64,000 nucleotides of DNA from a virus. Below, one piece after another: positions 34,304-44,794 of the stretch. The notes under the pieces are model-generated. The model was given only the letters and a program-made list of their open reading frames with translations. It had not been told where the DNA came from and searched no databases. A program made the position numbers and the translations under genes. The first letter of the stretch is position 1; each line of letters starts with the position of its first letter. The stretch is from positions 16,268 through 80,267 of the IMG/VR virus record IMGVR_UViG_3300017971_000261; one strand, written 5' to 3'.

Positions 34304-37028
34304 GTCCCAGTGCGTAATACCCGGGCTTAGAAACGTCCTGCCTTTCAGTGGCATTGTTGGTCGTTCTGCTCCCATCACTAACAAAGAAGCTCAGACCTTG
34401 ATGACTCTTTGGGAATCTGATAAGGACGAATATGGTGACCCGATTATACCGGATGGCGTAGACGACATTACGCTTGCTGGCCTCATCTCTAAAGGTTATC
34501 TATCCGGTCGCCACGCCATGGGCCATACAATGACACGTCCCAATACAACGCTTTCACTCACAGAGAAAGCGAAGATGGTCATCAGGAATATCGTTCTACA
34601 CGCAGAGAAATCGACGTTTGAGAAAGATGCGCAAGGCAATGTAGACTACGAAGCCATCTATGTTTCCATGCACAAACCGAAAGTGAAAACTTCCTGGGCC
34701 AAAAAGATCGCGCAAACATTGCCCGAAGATGGCGATGAAGACAAAGAAGATGAAATCTTCAATCTCATTGATATAGATCTTGAGTGGCTAGAAAGAAAGC
34801 TCAACGCCCTTAACAAGAGGGCACTTAAACTAGGTTTGAAGCCGCCTCCTGAATCCACAGAATGGTTGCCGGGCAAAGGTCAATTGAAACAGGTTGGTTA
34901 CGTTGTGCTTGGCCAGACACAAGTCAAAGACAAGGATAACCTTCGCGTCCATATCTTCAATCAAGTAAAAGTCTTCGGCGAACCACCAGTTCTGGCTGGC
35001 TGGAAATTCTTGGCTCGTCTCTATCCGGCCGAAGACCCAAACGTACCCGGCAATCTTATTAAGGCAGTCCCAGGTGTCGAATTACCTGAGAGATACCGTA
35101 CTGTACCACCAGATTGTGAGCACTGCCGCAAGAACCTAAGACGGTGTTCCACCTATGTTGTCCAGAACGTAGAAACCGGCGAGATGAGACAGGTTGGTAG
35201 CACCTGCTTGAAGGACTTCCTAGGCCATAAATCGCCAGAATCCTATGCCAGATATGCAGAAGGTCTGGCCGCACTGCTTGAAGAGATAGGTGCCAAAGAA
35301 GAAGAGGGGTTCGGTGGTGGAGGCGGTGGTGGAGATCGAGGATATTCTATTCAACCATTCGTTGAACTCGTTTGGGCTATGGTACGAAAATATGGATTCC
35401 TTGGCAGAGGAAAAGCATACGAATCAGGTCAGACTTCTACCGTTGACGCTGTTTTATCAATGATCTATGGGAAAGGTGAGGCGGACAAGCGTGCCCTAAA
35501 AGAATTGCGTGAATCCATTACAGCCGAAGATAGGGCTAACGCAGAACAGGCAATCATCTGGGCTCGTGGTCTGAAGGAAGGTGACGATGAATACATTAGC
35601 CAACTCAGTGACTACTTCTGGAATTTGTCCGTTGCGTGTTCATCTGAGGTTGTAACAGGCAAGACGGTTGGTATAGTTGGTTCACTTCCAACGGCTTACG
35701 AAAGAAACGTCCTACAACAAATCGGTGTACGACCAGAGGGTAGAGCAGGAGAAAAGGGAGAAGTCATAGCGGTCAAGGGAAAAGTTCGTGAGGAACTACC
35801 CCAGTATGACGAGGCCAACGACTTCTATGACATACTCACCGAACAAGGCACAATTGTACGATGTGCACTCCCAATGGAAACTTCTGTTGGTGAAGATGTT
35901 GCTTTAGAAGGTACCGTCGTTGGGTACGCAAGGCAGTTCCAAAACATTGTCACACTCTTGGCTAATATCAAAGTTTTGAATTCAGAAGAAGTCGCAGCAA
36001 GAACTCAAGAAATCCAACAAGAGAGAGAACAGGCACAACAAGGTGACGCACCGGAATATTCCACCGGTGAGAAGATTACCACTGATGTAACTGTTCTTAA
36101 GGCTGACGAGAGAGAAGGAAATTACGGACCTTATGTCCTCTATCAGATGGTTGATCCGTGGGGAACAAAACTCACCATCTTCTATAGTGGCAGCACATTC
36201 GATCTCGAAACAGGCGAACGTGCCAATATCTCTGCCAAAGTTAAGAAGGTTGGTGACTACAATGGTGAACCGAGTGTTGTACTAACGAACCCAAAGATTA
36301 ACAGCAGACTCATGTCCGAAGATGTGACAGATGTTAGGATGACCAACGCCCAAAGACGTGAAGCCAAAAAACAAGTCAAAACTCTTGAATCACAGAAACA
36401 AGGATTGATGGCCGGTTTCGAGACTCCAGACCAAGTGCAACAAACGGTGTACAACGCTTTGAATCCCATCTATTCTGTGTTCACTGGCGTTCGAGCCGAC
36501 AATTTTCTGACCACAGGAGTAGGAAATCCAGGAGACTATGGTCTTGAAGCGGAGTACAACTATCAACTCGGCGGTTATGCTGCGGTGCCATCGGCTCGGA
36601 TGGCAATGTTTCTCAATCCCGACGCTCTCCCTGAAATCTACGACCGTGCCCTCCAAGCAATACAAGAGGCCACCCAGAAAAACGAACAAAGACAACAAGA
36701 TCAACCAGATGACGATTACAACAACAGGGCACTGAGATCACAGCAAGAAATGCTTCAGGTTCTGCCACAAGTCAAGGACAGTATCATATCCGAGACACAA
36801 ACAGCCATCGCTCAGAGTCTGCCTGCTGTGCAGGAATTCCTACGCAACATACCGCAAAGAGAAGAGATAGATCGTCAAATAGAAGAAATACAGAAACGAA
36901 TTTCTGAAGCCGATCAACAGAAAAAGCAGTATGGACCACTGCCGGAACCAGAGAAAAAGACGCGTCGTAAGAAGATGCCAATGGCGCGAAGTTTTAGTTG
37001 GTTTAGGAAAATATCATGCAGATTATAG
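34296..37028 (+). CDS. Large multidomain protein with Zn-binding domain and OB-fold-like repeats
   Basis: CEHC..RR..TY.V....GEMRQVGSTCLKDFLG; two OB-like beta segments; WAKKIAQ and WFRKIS motifs near the ends. Confidence 0.7.
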   Translation: MHESQCVIPGLRNVLPFSGIVGRSAPITNKEAQTLMTLWESDKDEYGDPIIPDGVDDITLAGLISKGYLSGRHAMGHTMTRPNTTLSLTEKAKMVIRNIVLHAEKSTFEKDAQGNVDYEAIYVSMHKPKVKTSWAKKIAQTLPEDGDEDKEDEIFNLIDIDLEWLERKLNALNKRALKLGLKPPPESTEWLPGKGQLKQVGYVVLGQTQVKDKDNLRVHIFNQVKVFGEPPVLAGWKFLARLYPAEDPNVPGNLIKAVPGVELPERYRTVPPDCEHCRKNLRRCSTYVVQNVETGEMRQVGSTCLKDFLGHKSPESYARYAEGLAALLEEIGAKEEEGFGGGGGGGDRGYSIQPFVELVWAMVRKYGFLGRGKAYESGQTSTVDAVLSMIYGKGEADKRALKELRESITAEDRANAEQAIIWARGLKEGDDEYISQLSDYFWNLSVACSSEVVTGKTVGIVGSLPTAYERNVLQQIGVRPEGRAGEKGEVIAVKGKVREELPQYDEANDFYDILTEQGTIVRCALPMETSVGEDVALEGTVVGYARQFQNIVTLLANIKVLNSEEVAARTQEIQQEREQAQQGDAPEYSTGEKITTDVTVLKADEREGNYGPYVLYQMVDPWGTKLTIFYSGSTFDLETGERANISAKVKKVGDYNGEPSVVLTNPKINSRLMSEDVTDVRMTNAQRREAKKQVKTLESQKQGLMAGFETPDQVQQTVYNALNPIYSVFTGVRADNFLTTGVGNPGDYGLEAEYNYQLGGYAAVPSARMAMFLNPDALPEIYDRALQAIQEATQKNEQRQQDQPDDDYNNRALRSQQEMLQVLPQVKDSIISETQTAIAQSLPAVQEFLRNIPQREEIDRQIEEIQKRISEADQQKKQYGPLPEPEKKTRRKKMPMARSFSWFRKISCRL

Positions 37029-37420
37029 TAAGACCACACAATCGCAGAATCAAACAGAAGGTGGAGAAGGACTTGTACTGGTACAATCCGGACACTTCTG
37101 AAGTGGAACACTTCCGGGGCGGGAGTCTCAGCTTCAAATATGACCGATCTTTGGGACGCCAAGTTCCATATGTTGTTGATGACGAGTGTTTCGTATGGCA
37201 GAACTCATGGGATGAGATCAATTCGTGGATCAAGAAACATAACGGAACTCTTGCTATCAGCGAAATAGTACCAAGAGGCTATGCGGTCATTAAACTGAAT
37301 AGTGGTTTGTGGCCAAAACTGGAAAGAGAACTTAGACAACAAAACATTCTTTACGAGATCGAAAACGACGAAGACGAAGAGGAGGAGGCATTGGGTGCCA
37401 AATCAGGAAGCGCGGCTTAG
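37016..37420 (+). CDS. Hypothetical protein
   Basis: AGGA RBS; 134 aa. Confidence 0.7.
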   Translation: MQIIVRPHNRRIKQKVEKDLYWYNPDTSEVEHFRGGSLSFKYDRSLGRQVPYVVDDECFVWQNSWDEINSWIKKHNGTLAISEIVPRGYAVIKLNSGLWPKLERELRQQNILYEIENDEDEEEEALGAKSGSAA

Positions 37421-38267
37421 GGTCGAAATTGCAGACACGCCAAGCAAACACGAAGAAGGACTTATGTTCCGGAAAGACCTTCCGGGCAATTCCGGCATGG
37501 CTTTCGTGTTTCCAAGTCCGCGCCAATTAAGTTTTTGGGGCCAAAACACATATCTTCCGCTTGACATAGCTTTCATTAGTCCAAATGGAACAATACACGA
37601 AATTGAACACATAGCTCCTCTCAGCTCAAGGCCGGTTCAAAGCTCTGAGGCCTGCACGATGGCTATAGAAGCCAATGCTGGCTGGTTTGATAGCATGGGT
37701 GTAGGTCCGGGCGATTCTGTTTTCATAGATCGAGATCTTCCAACCATCACAGGATTGGCACAAGCAATCTTCCATGCAGAACCGGAAGCACATGCAACAC
37801 AAAACATTACCAAAGAAGCTGCTTCGAGTGCAGACGACTATGCATTCCATGCTGATATCGCAGAACAAGACAGATACACAACTGACCGCATGGAATGTGA
37901 TGTCTGGTTGAAGGGAAGCAGATGGGGATATACCGTTTCTGTTCTGCTGACTCATACCCAGACGGGTTTGGCCAGCATGCCAGCATATTGGAAATATGGT
38001 AACAACGAAAAGGCAGCGGCTCAGAGAAGTTTTCGTGAATGCAAGAGTTTAGTTCAGGACTTTCTTCGAGAATACGAACAAGAACTCTATCCATTTGCGT
38101 TAGTCTCACCGAAGATAAGGGGTGTTTTCCAATTTCATGATACCGATCACCGAGATACGACCTTCATACCGCTCGTGAATTACAGCACCAACATCAAGCG
38201 CGAGACCGATTGGAGGCAAACGATCTACGGAAACAGATATCCAGAAAAGCCTCTCGGAATACCTTAA
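37395..38267 (+). CDS. DUF192 domain protein with extra C-terminal domain
   Basis: VEIADTP....GLMFR..L....GM.FVF, FWGQNTYLPLDIAFI, AIEANAGWF...GV.PGD; GGAGG RBS before GTG. Confidence 0.85.
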   Translation: MPNQEARLRVEIADTPSKHEEGLMFRKDLPGNSGMAFVFPSPRQLSFWGQNTYLPLDIAFISPNGTIHEIEHIAPLSSRPVQSSEACTMAIEANAGWFDSMGVGPGDSVFIDRDLPTITGLAQAIFHAEPEAHATQNITKEAASSADDYAFHADIAEQDRYTTDRMECDVWLKGSRWGYTVSVLLTHTQTGLASMPAYWKYGNNEKAAAQRSFRECKSLVQDFLREYEQELYPFALVSPKIRGVFQFHDTDHRDTTFIPLVNYSTNIKRETDWRQTIYGNRYPEKPLGIP

Positions 38268-38278
38268 GAGGACCACAG

Positions 38279-39013
38279 ATGTTGACTATAATCAGCCACA
38301 AGACCTCATTGGTCCTCAGAAAACAAGCACAAAAAAGCTCTGATGATTTGCTCAGACTTTTAGAGTCGAAGGGCTATACTAGGCACAGACGGCCGAGTCG
38401 GCAAGATGTGTGGAATGCCGTGGGCGAACTTAAACGCGACCAACCTGATATGTATGGACAATATCAAGATGCATCTTGGTCATCCATTGTAGAGAATGTT
38501 TATCAGTATTTCAGAACAGCCTGGTCCGTACCATATGGCATGGAAACCAAACCATATCCGGGACCTGTGACAAAGATCGACAAGGACAACTGGCAGGAAT
38601 ATAGCCCCGAAAATGATGATGTAGATGCCCAATGGGAACAGCAAGTAGAACCTACTGATGAACCTAGAGAGACCCCAATCGCAATCGATCAAAAGGAAGA
38701 TACCTCAGGTGTCATCCCTGAATTCAAAGAAATCCCCTACTACACGGCCGAAGAACTCATCGAAGACGCAGAAAGAGAAAGGGAATTGATTGGATTTTAC
38801 TATACTACAATTGAAGGTACTCCAGTAGGTTACAGAATTGTTGAGCCCCACTATACTTTTGTAGCGGCCACAACGGGAAACCACATTCTTGTTTCCTACG
38901 ATCGTGTCGTCGATGACATAAGGGCTTTCGTGATAGGACCATCGATGTACGGCGGCGTACGGTACAGTGGTGCAAAATTCCAGCCTAAACCCCAGATTAC
39001 GGCTGGAGACTAA
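38279..39013 (+). CDS. Protein with C-terminal WYL-like domain
   Basis: IGFYY...G....RIVEPHY.........LVSYD....DIRAF. Confidence 0.65.
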   Translation: MLTIISHKTSLVLRKQAQKSSDDLLRLLESKGYTRHRRPSRQDVWNAVGELKRDQPDMYGQYQDASWSSIVENVYQYFRTAWSVPYGMETKPYPGPVTKIDKDNWQEYSPENDDVDAQWEQQVEPTDEPRETPIAIDQKEDTSGVIPEFKEIPYYTAEELIEDAERERELIGFYYTTIEGTPVGYRIVEPHYTFVAATTGNHILVSYDRVVDDIRAFVIGPSMYGGVRYSGAKFQPKPQITAGD

Positions 39014-39029
39014 GGAACGGAGAGGCGAT

Positions 39030-40865
39030 ATGGACGACGTGACATCCCATCTGGTCAATCTCTCAAATGCTCTTGACAAAGAGGGAGCAAAAGAAGTTGC
39101 TGACTTGGTCGACAATCTGCTTATCAGCACTGGCTCTCTACAAAAGACCGCTCAATATGTCGGTGTGATTGGTTATGTGCTGCGGCAGAATCGTGCTATG
39201 GCCAATTGTATCCGCAAAAAGCGTCGAGACATCGAAGGACCAATGCAAGATGTCGTACTTGGATGTCTCAAAGAGTATCAAACTTCTACACACTACCAGG
39301 ACAATGAGTGGGTTAGTAAATATGCTCAAACGATCGAGGCCCTACCGTTAGAGTTCGACGATGTCCTGCTCGCCTTCACAAACTCAGTAGCAGAACACAA
39401 TGATATACCTGAACATTTCGACAATGTATGGCGTGTTGCATCAGCATTGTCAGATCTGAGACGTCCGGACCCAGAGATTGACAAGGTTATTGCGTCAGTG
39501 AGAACACTTCATGCTAGCCTGGAGTCCGAGTCGACGACATTGGTCAAACAGGCTAAAAAAAAAATAGCCCAGCAGGGGCCTGAACAAAGAGTGCAAGAAA
39601 GGTGGTGGCGACGCCCCTTTCGCTCGATAACTAACAGGCCTCTTACCGAACGCGGTCGACATCAGCGAAGAACTAACGAGTTCGAGAACCTAGCAGCAAC
39701 AGCAAGACTCATTTCGCAATCTGCCAACGCAGCCATCAATAGCCTCAATCAATACGGACGCCTCATAGAGGGTATAAGATCTGAAGTGTCCGCTATGGCT
39801 GCTCGTCGCAGATATGGGCCGGTCATCCAAGGCATAGTAGATGTTCTGCAAAACCTCGATAGCTACAATGCGTCCTCCAATATGGCCAATATGCAGCGGT
39901 ACCGCAACCATATAGGCCGTCTAACCAGTGCAGAGGGTGCTCAGGCATCTGACTTAGCTCAGAGGGCGATTGATGCTTCGCAACAAATGCTTCAAAATGT
40001 TGGCTCTCAGATGTCGGATGACACATCTGGCACCGAGGGCCGTCTTGATACGCTTCTTGATGAACTCTATCAGCGGGACGCTGGGATCAAGCGTCTTTTG
40101 AGTGCTGTGCCTAACCCACAGATAGAATCAGTTCGACGTTATATCTCAAATCTCAAGAATCAAAGAATTCAATTGTCTAGGGACATGTTCAATCCTCAGC
40201 TTTGGCTGTCTATTGCAAATCAAGCCGATCAAATTGGCGAAGCTGCTACGGCAGAAGCAGAGGCATCGCCCGAACAACCAGCAACACCGCCACGAGGTTC
40301 TTATATGCCAAGCCCAGGTGAAGAGCCGGTCGGCGAACGTGAACGAGAATATCCTACACCCAGAAGACGAGAAGACAGTTCTGAAGGTGGTTCTCTCGAA
40401 CCCGCTGATCACCAAGCTAGAGTGAATTCCATTCTTTCGTCCATGGGAGCTTTAGTCCCACAAACACCCCCTAATCCACCAGAAGAGAGACCCGAGATTG
40501 CCAGAGCGGTTCTACGCGGTCTAACAATTGGGGATGTGAATTTGCTTAGCGTACTTTCTTCTGCCATGACAGGCACTCCCACAGAAGCCATAATTAACGA
40601 TGTACTCAATGAGTTACAGCGAATTGCATCTTCATCTACTACGACAGAGCCTGCCACAGAACCAGAGACAGCACCAACTGATGCAACCATCTCTAGCCGC
40701 CTTGACATGCTTGTAAAACTAGCCAATGCACTAGATCCGATTGATAGAGAGATTGCAGATCTCATTGATTCATACATTTACAAGGCGAAAGAGGCAAAAG
40801 GCGAACTCCCTGAATTGCCTGAATTTTCAGTACTTGTAAAGGAGAGGGAAGCCAAAGCGCAGTAA
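39030..40865 (+). CDS. Putative internal head protein (LxxLxNxLD motif at both termini)
   Basis: GGAGAGG RBS; terminal motifs, several KxAQ sites, internal A10 run. Confidence 0.7.
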   Translation: MDDVTSHLVNLSNALDKEGAKEVADLVDNLLISTGSLQKTAQYVGVIGYVLRQNRAMANCIRKKRRDIEGPMQDVVLGCLKEYQTSTHYQDNEWVSKYAQTIEALPLEFDDVLLAFTNSVAEHNDIPEHFDNVWRVASALSDLRRPDPEIDKVIASVRTLHASLESESTTLVKQAKKKIAQQGPEQRVQERWWRRPFRSITNRPLTERGRHQRRTNEFENLAATARLISQSANAAINSLNQYGRLIEGIRSEVSAMAARRRYGPVIQGIVDVLQNLDSYNASSNMANMQRYRNHIGRLTSAEGAQASDLAQRAIDASQQMLQNVGSQMSDDTSGTEGRLDTLLDELYQRDAGIKRLLSAVPNPQIESVRRYISNLKNQRIQLSRDMFNPQLWLSIANQADQIGEAATAEAEASPEQPATPPRGSYMPSPGEEPVGEREREYPTPRRREDSSEGGSLEPADHQARVNSILSSMGALVPQTPPNPPEERPEIARAVLRGLTIGDVNLLSVLSSAMTGTPTEAIINDVLNELQRIASSSTTTEPATEPETAPTDATISSRLDMLVKLANALDPIDREIADLIDSYIYKAKEAKGELPELPEFSVLVKEREAKAQ

Positions 40866-40959
40866 GCAATATAGTTTAGAGTGTCCGTACGAAGGGGCCG
40901 TGTAGCCTCGGAGGGATACCATAACCCTGCCTAGGGTCAGATAAAGGAGAGGTGAAACG

Positions 40960-41613
40960 ATGCGACTTTTCAGCTCGAAGATTGCGAATCCGGTAAGCGG
41001 AGGAACTACTTGGGACGAGTTTGTTGCCAAGACACTGTCAGCAATGAACAAGACCGAGGAAGAGACAAAGACCGCTGAGACGGAAGAGCAACCACAGAAG
41101 CAGGAAGAGGAAACCCAGGAAGAGGACGAGAAGACCGCTGCCAAGATCATCAAAGAAGACGGGGAAGAGGAAGTCAACGTCAACAACGAAGGCACCCCCG
41201 AGATGACAAATGATGATTACGAGAAGGACATCACAAAGCATCGCGAGAGCGAAGCTGAGTCCACAGAAGAAGTCAAAGAGGCAGAAACCGAAGAGACAAC
41301 CGAAAAGCAAGCTGAGACCAAAGAAGAGGAAACTGAAAAAACAGAAGACGAAGAGCCTGCGAAGGAAGAAGCCAAGAGCACCAAGGCTAGTATGCAGGAT
41401 AGTTTCCGTAAGATTGCTTCACTGGGACGACGAGAGAAGCTTATGACATTGGCAGCTCTTGCGGCCGACAAGAATAACCCGATTGAATACTGCGAAGCGA
41501 TGGTTGGAATCAAGTTGGCAGACATGACCGACGAGGAAAGACGTTGGTTTGCCGATTATATGTCCATCATCTATCCGCAGAAGTTCGTCGAGGAATTGGT
41601 CGCTAAGCGCTAA
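40960..41613 (+). CDS. Acidic Glu/Thr-rich putative head protein
   Basis: AAGGAGAGGT RBS; multiple KxAE/S motifs; C-terminal IYP module. Confidence 0.75.
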   Translation: MRLFSSKIANPVSGGTTWDEFVAKTLSAMNKTEEETKTAETEEQPQKQEEETQEEDEKTAAKIIKEDGEEEVNVNNEGTPEMTNDDYEKDITKHRESEAESTEEVKEAETEETTEKQAETKEEETEKTEDEEPAKEEAKSTKASMQDSFRKIASLGRREKLMTLAALAADKNNPIEYCEAMVGIKLADMTDEERRWFADYMSIIYPQKFVEELVAKR

Positions 41614-41655
41614 TCTTCTGGTTCCCTCGTCTTCGCTCGAAAGGAGTGTGGCCAG

Positions 41656-42318
41656 ATGATTGTGCCCGTAGGGTCTGTCAAGAAAGCGGTGGCACAGGCG
41701 GATTTTAAGAACGCCTCTGTCTTCGGCAGCGACCTCTTTCAGAAGTTCGCTTTCAGGGCTTCAGAAGAGGACATGGATGGTGTTTCGCAAGTTCAACCTG
41801 CTCCTGATGAACAGCAGCAAGTAATGGAGGAGGCACTGGGACCGGGCTCACAGAGTCCGTCCATAAGCGAACCTTTTCGCCAACAGGACCAAAACCAGTA
41901 TAATGTAGCCAAGATGTACGGCGTCGAATTCGACCAGGGCTTGGCTCAGCAGGTTGGTCAAGGTTTGGGCCAAGGTGTTCCTCTAAAACAGATGATCAAT
42001 GAATTCGTTGTAAAGAGCCTGCAGGACAAGTTCCCTGGGCTCAACGGCATCAACGTGCGTGTAGATACAAGCAACGTCAGTGGTGTTGAAGTTTACATGA
42101 ACGCTTTGCCGGGACAAACACCAGAAAACTTAGACGGTGGCCTCGTAGCAGAGGCAGCCGCTTTCTTTTTGGCCACGAATGGCGTCATTCAAGGGCCAAT
42201 GGAATTTGGCAGTACTACCGAACAGTCTGAGGCCCTTTTTGAAGCGTACGTCAAAGCAGGAAAGTCAGAAGAAGATGTTGGGCCCGAAGTAAAGAAACCA
42301 GGCAAAGGGAGTAAATAA
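41656..42318 (+). CDS. Hypothetical protein
   Basis: AAGGAG RBS; 220 aa. Confidence 0.75.
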   Translation: MIVPVGSVKKAVAQADFKNASVFGSDLFQKFAFRASEEDMDGVSQVQPAPDEQQQVMEEALGPGSQSPSISEPFRQQDQNQYNVAKMYGVEFDQGLAQQVGQGLGQGVPLKQMINEFVVKSLQDKFPGLNGINVRVDTSNVSGVEVYMNALPGQTPENLDGGLVAEAAAFFLATNGVIQGPMEFGSTTEQSEALFEAYVKAGKSEEDVGPEVKKPGKGSK

Positions 42319-43274
42319 TGACCCTCTCCAAAAACTCATCGGATAACGAAACAGTCGACGAACTTCTCGGACAACTCATTGACAAAGTAGAGGAAAAAAC
42401 GGCTGAATCAAGCATAGGAAGTCCCAGCGAACAGTCTGAGACTTTCTTCCAGTCATTCACAGAAGGTGATATGACCGGCGTGCGCCGTGAGTTCCTTAAT
42501 GATGTCGGCAAGGAACTATTGTACGCCGCGAATAGGGCCGGTGTCAATATCTCGGAAACAGATCTTGCTAAGTTTGCCACTGATGCATGGAATAACAACA
42601 CCAGAGGTCGAAATCTGGAACTCCAAGCCCGTGGCTACTGCAGAAAACTAGCAGATATTGAGGCCAACCCAAAGCCAGGGACAACAAGAGTTGCTGGCAA
42701 TTCTGAGACAGACCGTTTCAATCCTCACCGGATTACCTCTGGCAGCTTTGTGCCTAACGAGAATCGACAGGGATACATCGGGATGTCTAAAAGCCCTAAC
42801 TCCATCTGGGACTCTGAGGCCATCATTCGCCTCGCTCAGGAAAAGGGCGGTGACGAGAAGATCAAGGAAAGCCATCAAGCACGCCAAGATTACAAAGAGG
42901 CCCAGAAGTTCAAAGAACGGTTCCAGCGAGAAAACAAAGAGGCCCCGATGGACACCGGTGTACAGCGTTCTGCATCCGCTTTGGATGGTATGAATGAACG
43001 TAACGATCCGCCCGTATCCGGTCTCAGAATTCTTAGCGAGGATCGAGATTTCAACAATGTGCCTGATCTAACAGAAGGTGAGAAGATCAAAGCACGCAGG
43101 CGCGACGAGAAAGTTGCGAAGGCCAAGAAAGAACTCGAAATACTCAAAGGCACGACCAAGGTTGATAACTCGGCCAGCTCACTATTTGGGATCAACGAGC
43201 CGTCAGATGGAATGTCCTCAATTGAACGCAAAGGCATGGACAATCTTTTCGGCGGTGGTGAAGAAACCAAGTAA
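42318..43274 (+). CDS. Hypothetical protein
   Basis: TAATG-coupled; 318 aa. Confidence 0.75.
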   Translation: MTLSKNSSDNETVDELLGQLIDKVEEKTAESSIGSPSEQSETFFQSFTEGDMTGVRREFLNDVGKELLYAANRAGVNISETDLAKFATDAWNNNTRGRNLELQARGYCRKLADIEANPKPGTTRVAGNSETDRFNPHRITSGSFVPNENRQGYIGMSKSPNSIWDSEAIIRLAQEKGGDEKIKESHQARQDYKEAQKFKERFQRENKEAPMDTGVQRSASALDGMNERNDPPVSGLRILSEDRDFNNVPDLTEGEKIKARRRDEKVAKAKKELEILKGTTKVDNSASSLFGINEPSDGMSSIERKGMDNLFGGGEETK

Positions 43275-43288
43275 CGAAGGGAACGCTC

Positions 43289-44794
43289 GTGTTCAATCTG
43301 ACCAAGTTTAGCCAAGAAGAAGGCGAGGGGCCTCCCACCGAAACAGAGTTCAGTACAGATGTCGAACAAGAGGCCACAGATATAGGTCAGGAATCCGAGG
43401 AGCCGACAGAACCAACAGAAACCCTAACTGGGACTAGGTTGTTCAATGCACTTCTGGTCGGAAAGCTCCAGGATTACTACGACCCGGGCGTATTCCAGGC
43501 TCTCATGGCGGGCGTCTCCCCTCCGCACAATGTAGACGCGATCGAAGGCGATGTCCGTCGTCTTCCTGAAATCCAGAATACCAATCCAGAATACTTTCAA
43601 TGGGACCAAAACGCAAACCGAGCGTTTCAGCAGGTTAAGGCAATTCTTGATTCGGGTGGCACACCAGTTGTCCCACTTCGAGCAGCCAGCTCTGATGAAA
43701 TCGTCAAGGAAGGCCAAATAACACCAGAACCACAAGAAAACCAAGGACCTATGGCATCAGAGGACGCATTTGTTGCTACGTATTTGGCACCCCTAACAGG
43801 GTATGACCACGAGAAAAATGCGACCATAGAGACTTCAGAATCCGCACGGGCCCAGATACTTGAGAACATTTGTCCAATTGGCGAAGAGGAAGCCAATAGC
43901 GAACTCGAAGAAATACAAAGGCTAGACCCAAAACTGAATTCGCAGGAAGCAGATCAACAAATGCGGAAGTTTTATCAAAGGTGGATTCCGCCTGCACTTA
44001 GGCGAGCCCCCCAAATGGAGCAGACAGTCATGAGCGAAAATACGCCGGAAGGCATCATCAAACATAACCTCTGCAAGTTCTGCTCACAGTCAGACGATTG
44101 TGGGAAGAAAGGCATGAAGAAGGAAGCCTCCGTTGCGTTCTATGGGCAACCTTACTTACTCTATGGCCCAACAGAGAAACGAAAGTGTCCCAAGATGAGC
44201 GGCAAGAATATGGGAGACTTCGTATCGGAATACATCTGCCGACACCACTGTCTAGACGGCATTGTCATTGATGATAACAAAACGGTTTGTGGTGAAGCGC
44301 TATGGCGTGCGAACGTTATGGACAAGTACAGCCGTGACTATGTTGATGCGGATGGCAACTTGGTAGGCGGTTATATCAACAAGCGGTTTGAGGTGAATTA
44401 CAATGTCCCGGAAGACAATAACATTAGACTTAAACCTGGTGAAGTCCGCAAACCGTCAGAACGGTTCTGGAACTACGAAGCCAGGATGCAGCACATGCGG
44501 GAGACAGAGGGGAAAAAGAGGGGATACCGCCCGACCACAGACACCTCCCCGCCTTTTAACTGGTCTAGAGATGTGGAACAAAACAACGTAGAGGCCTCGC
44601 AAGAAGAGAGAGATCGCCGAGAAGAAGCCAGCGGCCATCAGACCGTACAGTACACCAACAGGGATCAGGGTGAGAATCAACCCAAGAAAGCGTTCAATCT
44701 CAACGCATTCAAGGAAGTTACAGCAAGCACAGACGAAACAACGATCATTACGACCAGTGCCGTCGATACGGAAGATCCAAAAAAAAAAGACTAG
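43289..44794 (+). CDS. Putative head protein (FNLTKFSQ N-terminus, Cys-rich domain); ends just after an A10 run
   Basis: 501 aa; YGPTEKRKCP..CRHHC..CGE domain; ends PKKKD-stop. Confidence 0.8.
   Translation: MFNLTKFSQEEGEGPPTETEFSTDVEQEATDIGQESEEPTEPTETLTGTRLFNALLVGKLQDYYDPGVFQALMAGVSPPHNVDAIEGDVRRLPEIQNTNPEYFQWDQNANRAFQQVKAILDSGGTPVVPLRAASSDEIVKEGQITPEPQENQGPMASEDAFVATYLAPLTGYDHEKNATIETSESARAQILENICPIGEEEANSELEEIQRLDPKLNSQEADQQMRKFYQRWIPPALRRAPQMEQTVMSENTPEGIIKHNLCKFCSQSDDCGKKGMKKEASVAFYGQPYLLYGPTEKRKCPKMSGKNMGDFVSEYICRHHCLDGIVIDDNKTVCGEALWRANVMDKYSRDYVDADGNLVGGYINKRFEVNYNVPEDNNIRLKPGEVRKPSERFWNYEARMQHMRETEGKKRGYRPTTDTSPPFNWSRDVEQNNVEASQEERDRREEASGHQTVQYTNRDQGENQPKKAFNLNAFKEVTASTDETTIITTSAVDTEDPKKKD

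Noticed and set aside
35313-35333. GGT/GGA/GGC repeat as a contingency locus
   Set aside because: Mixed codons encoding a poly-Gly linker, not a pure microsatellite.
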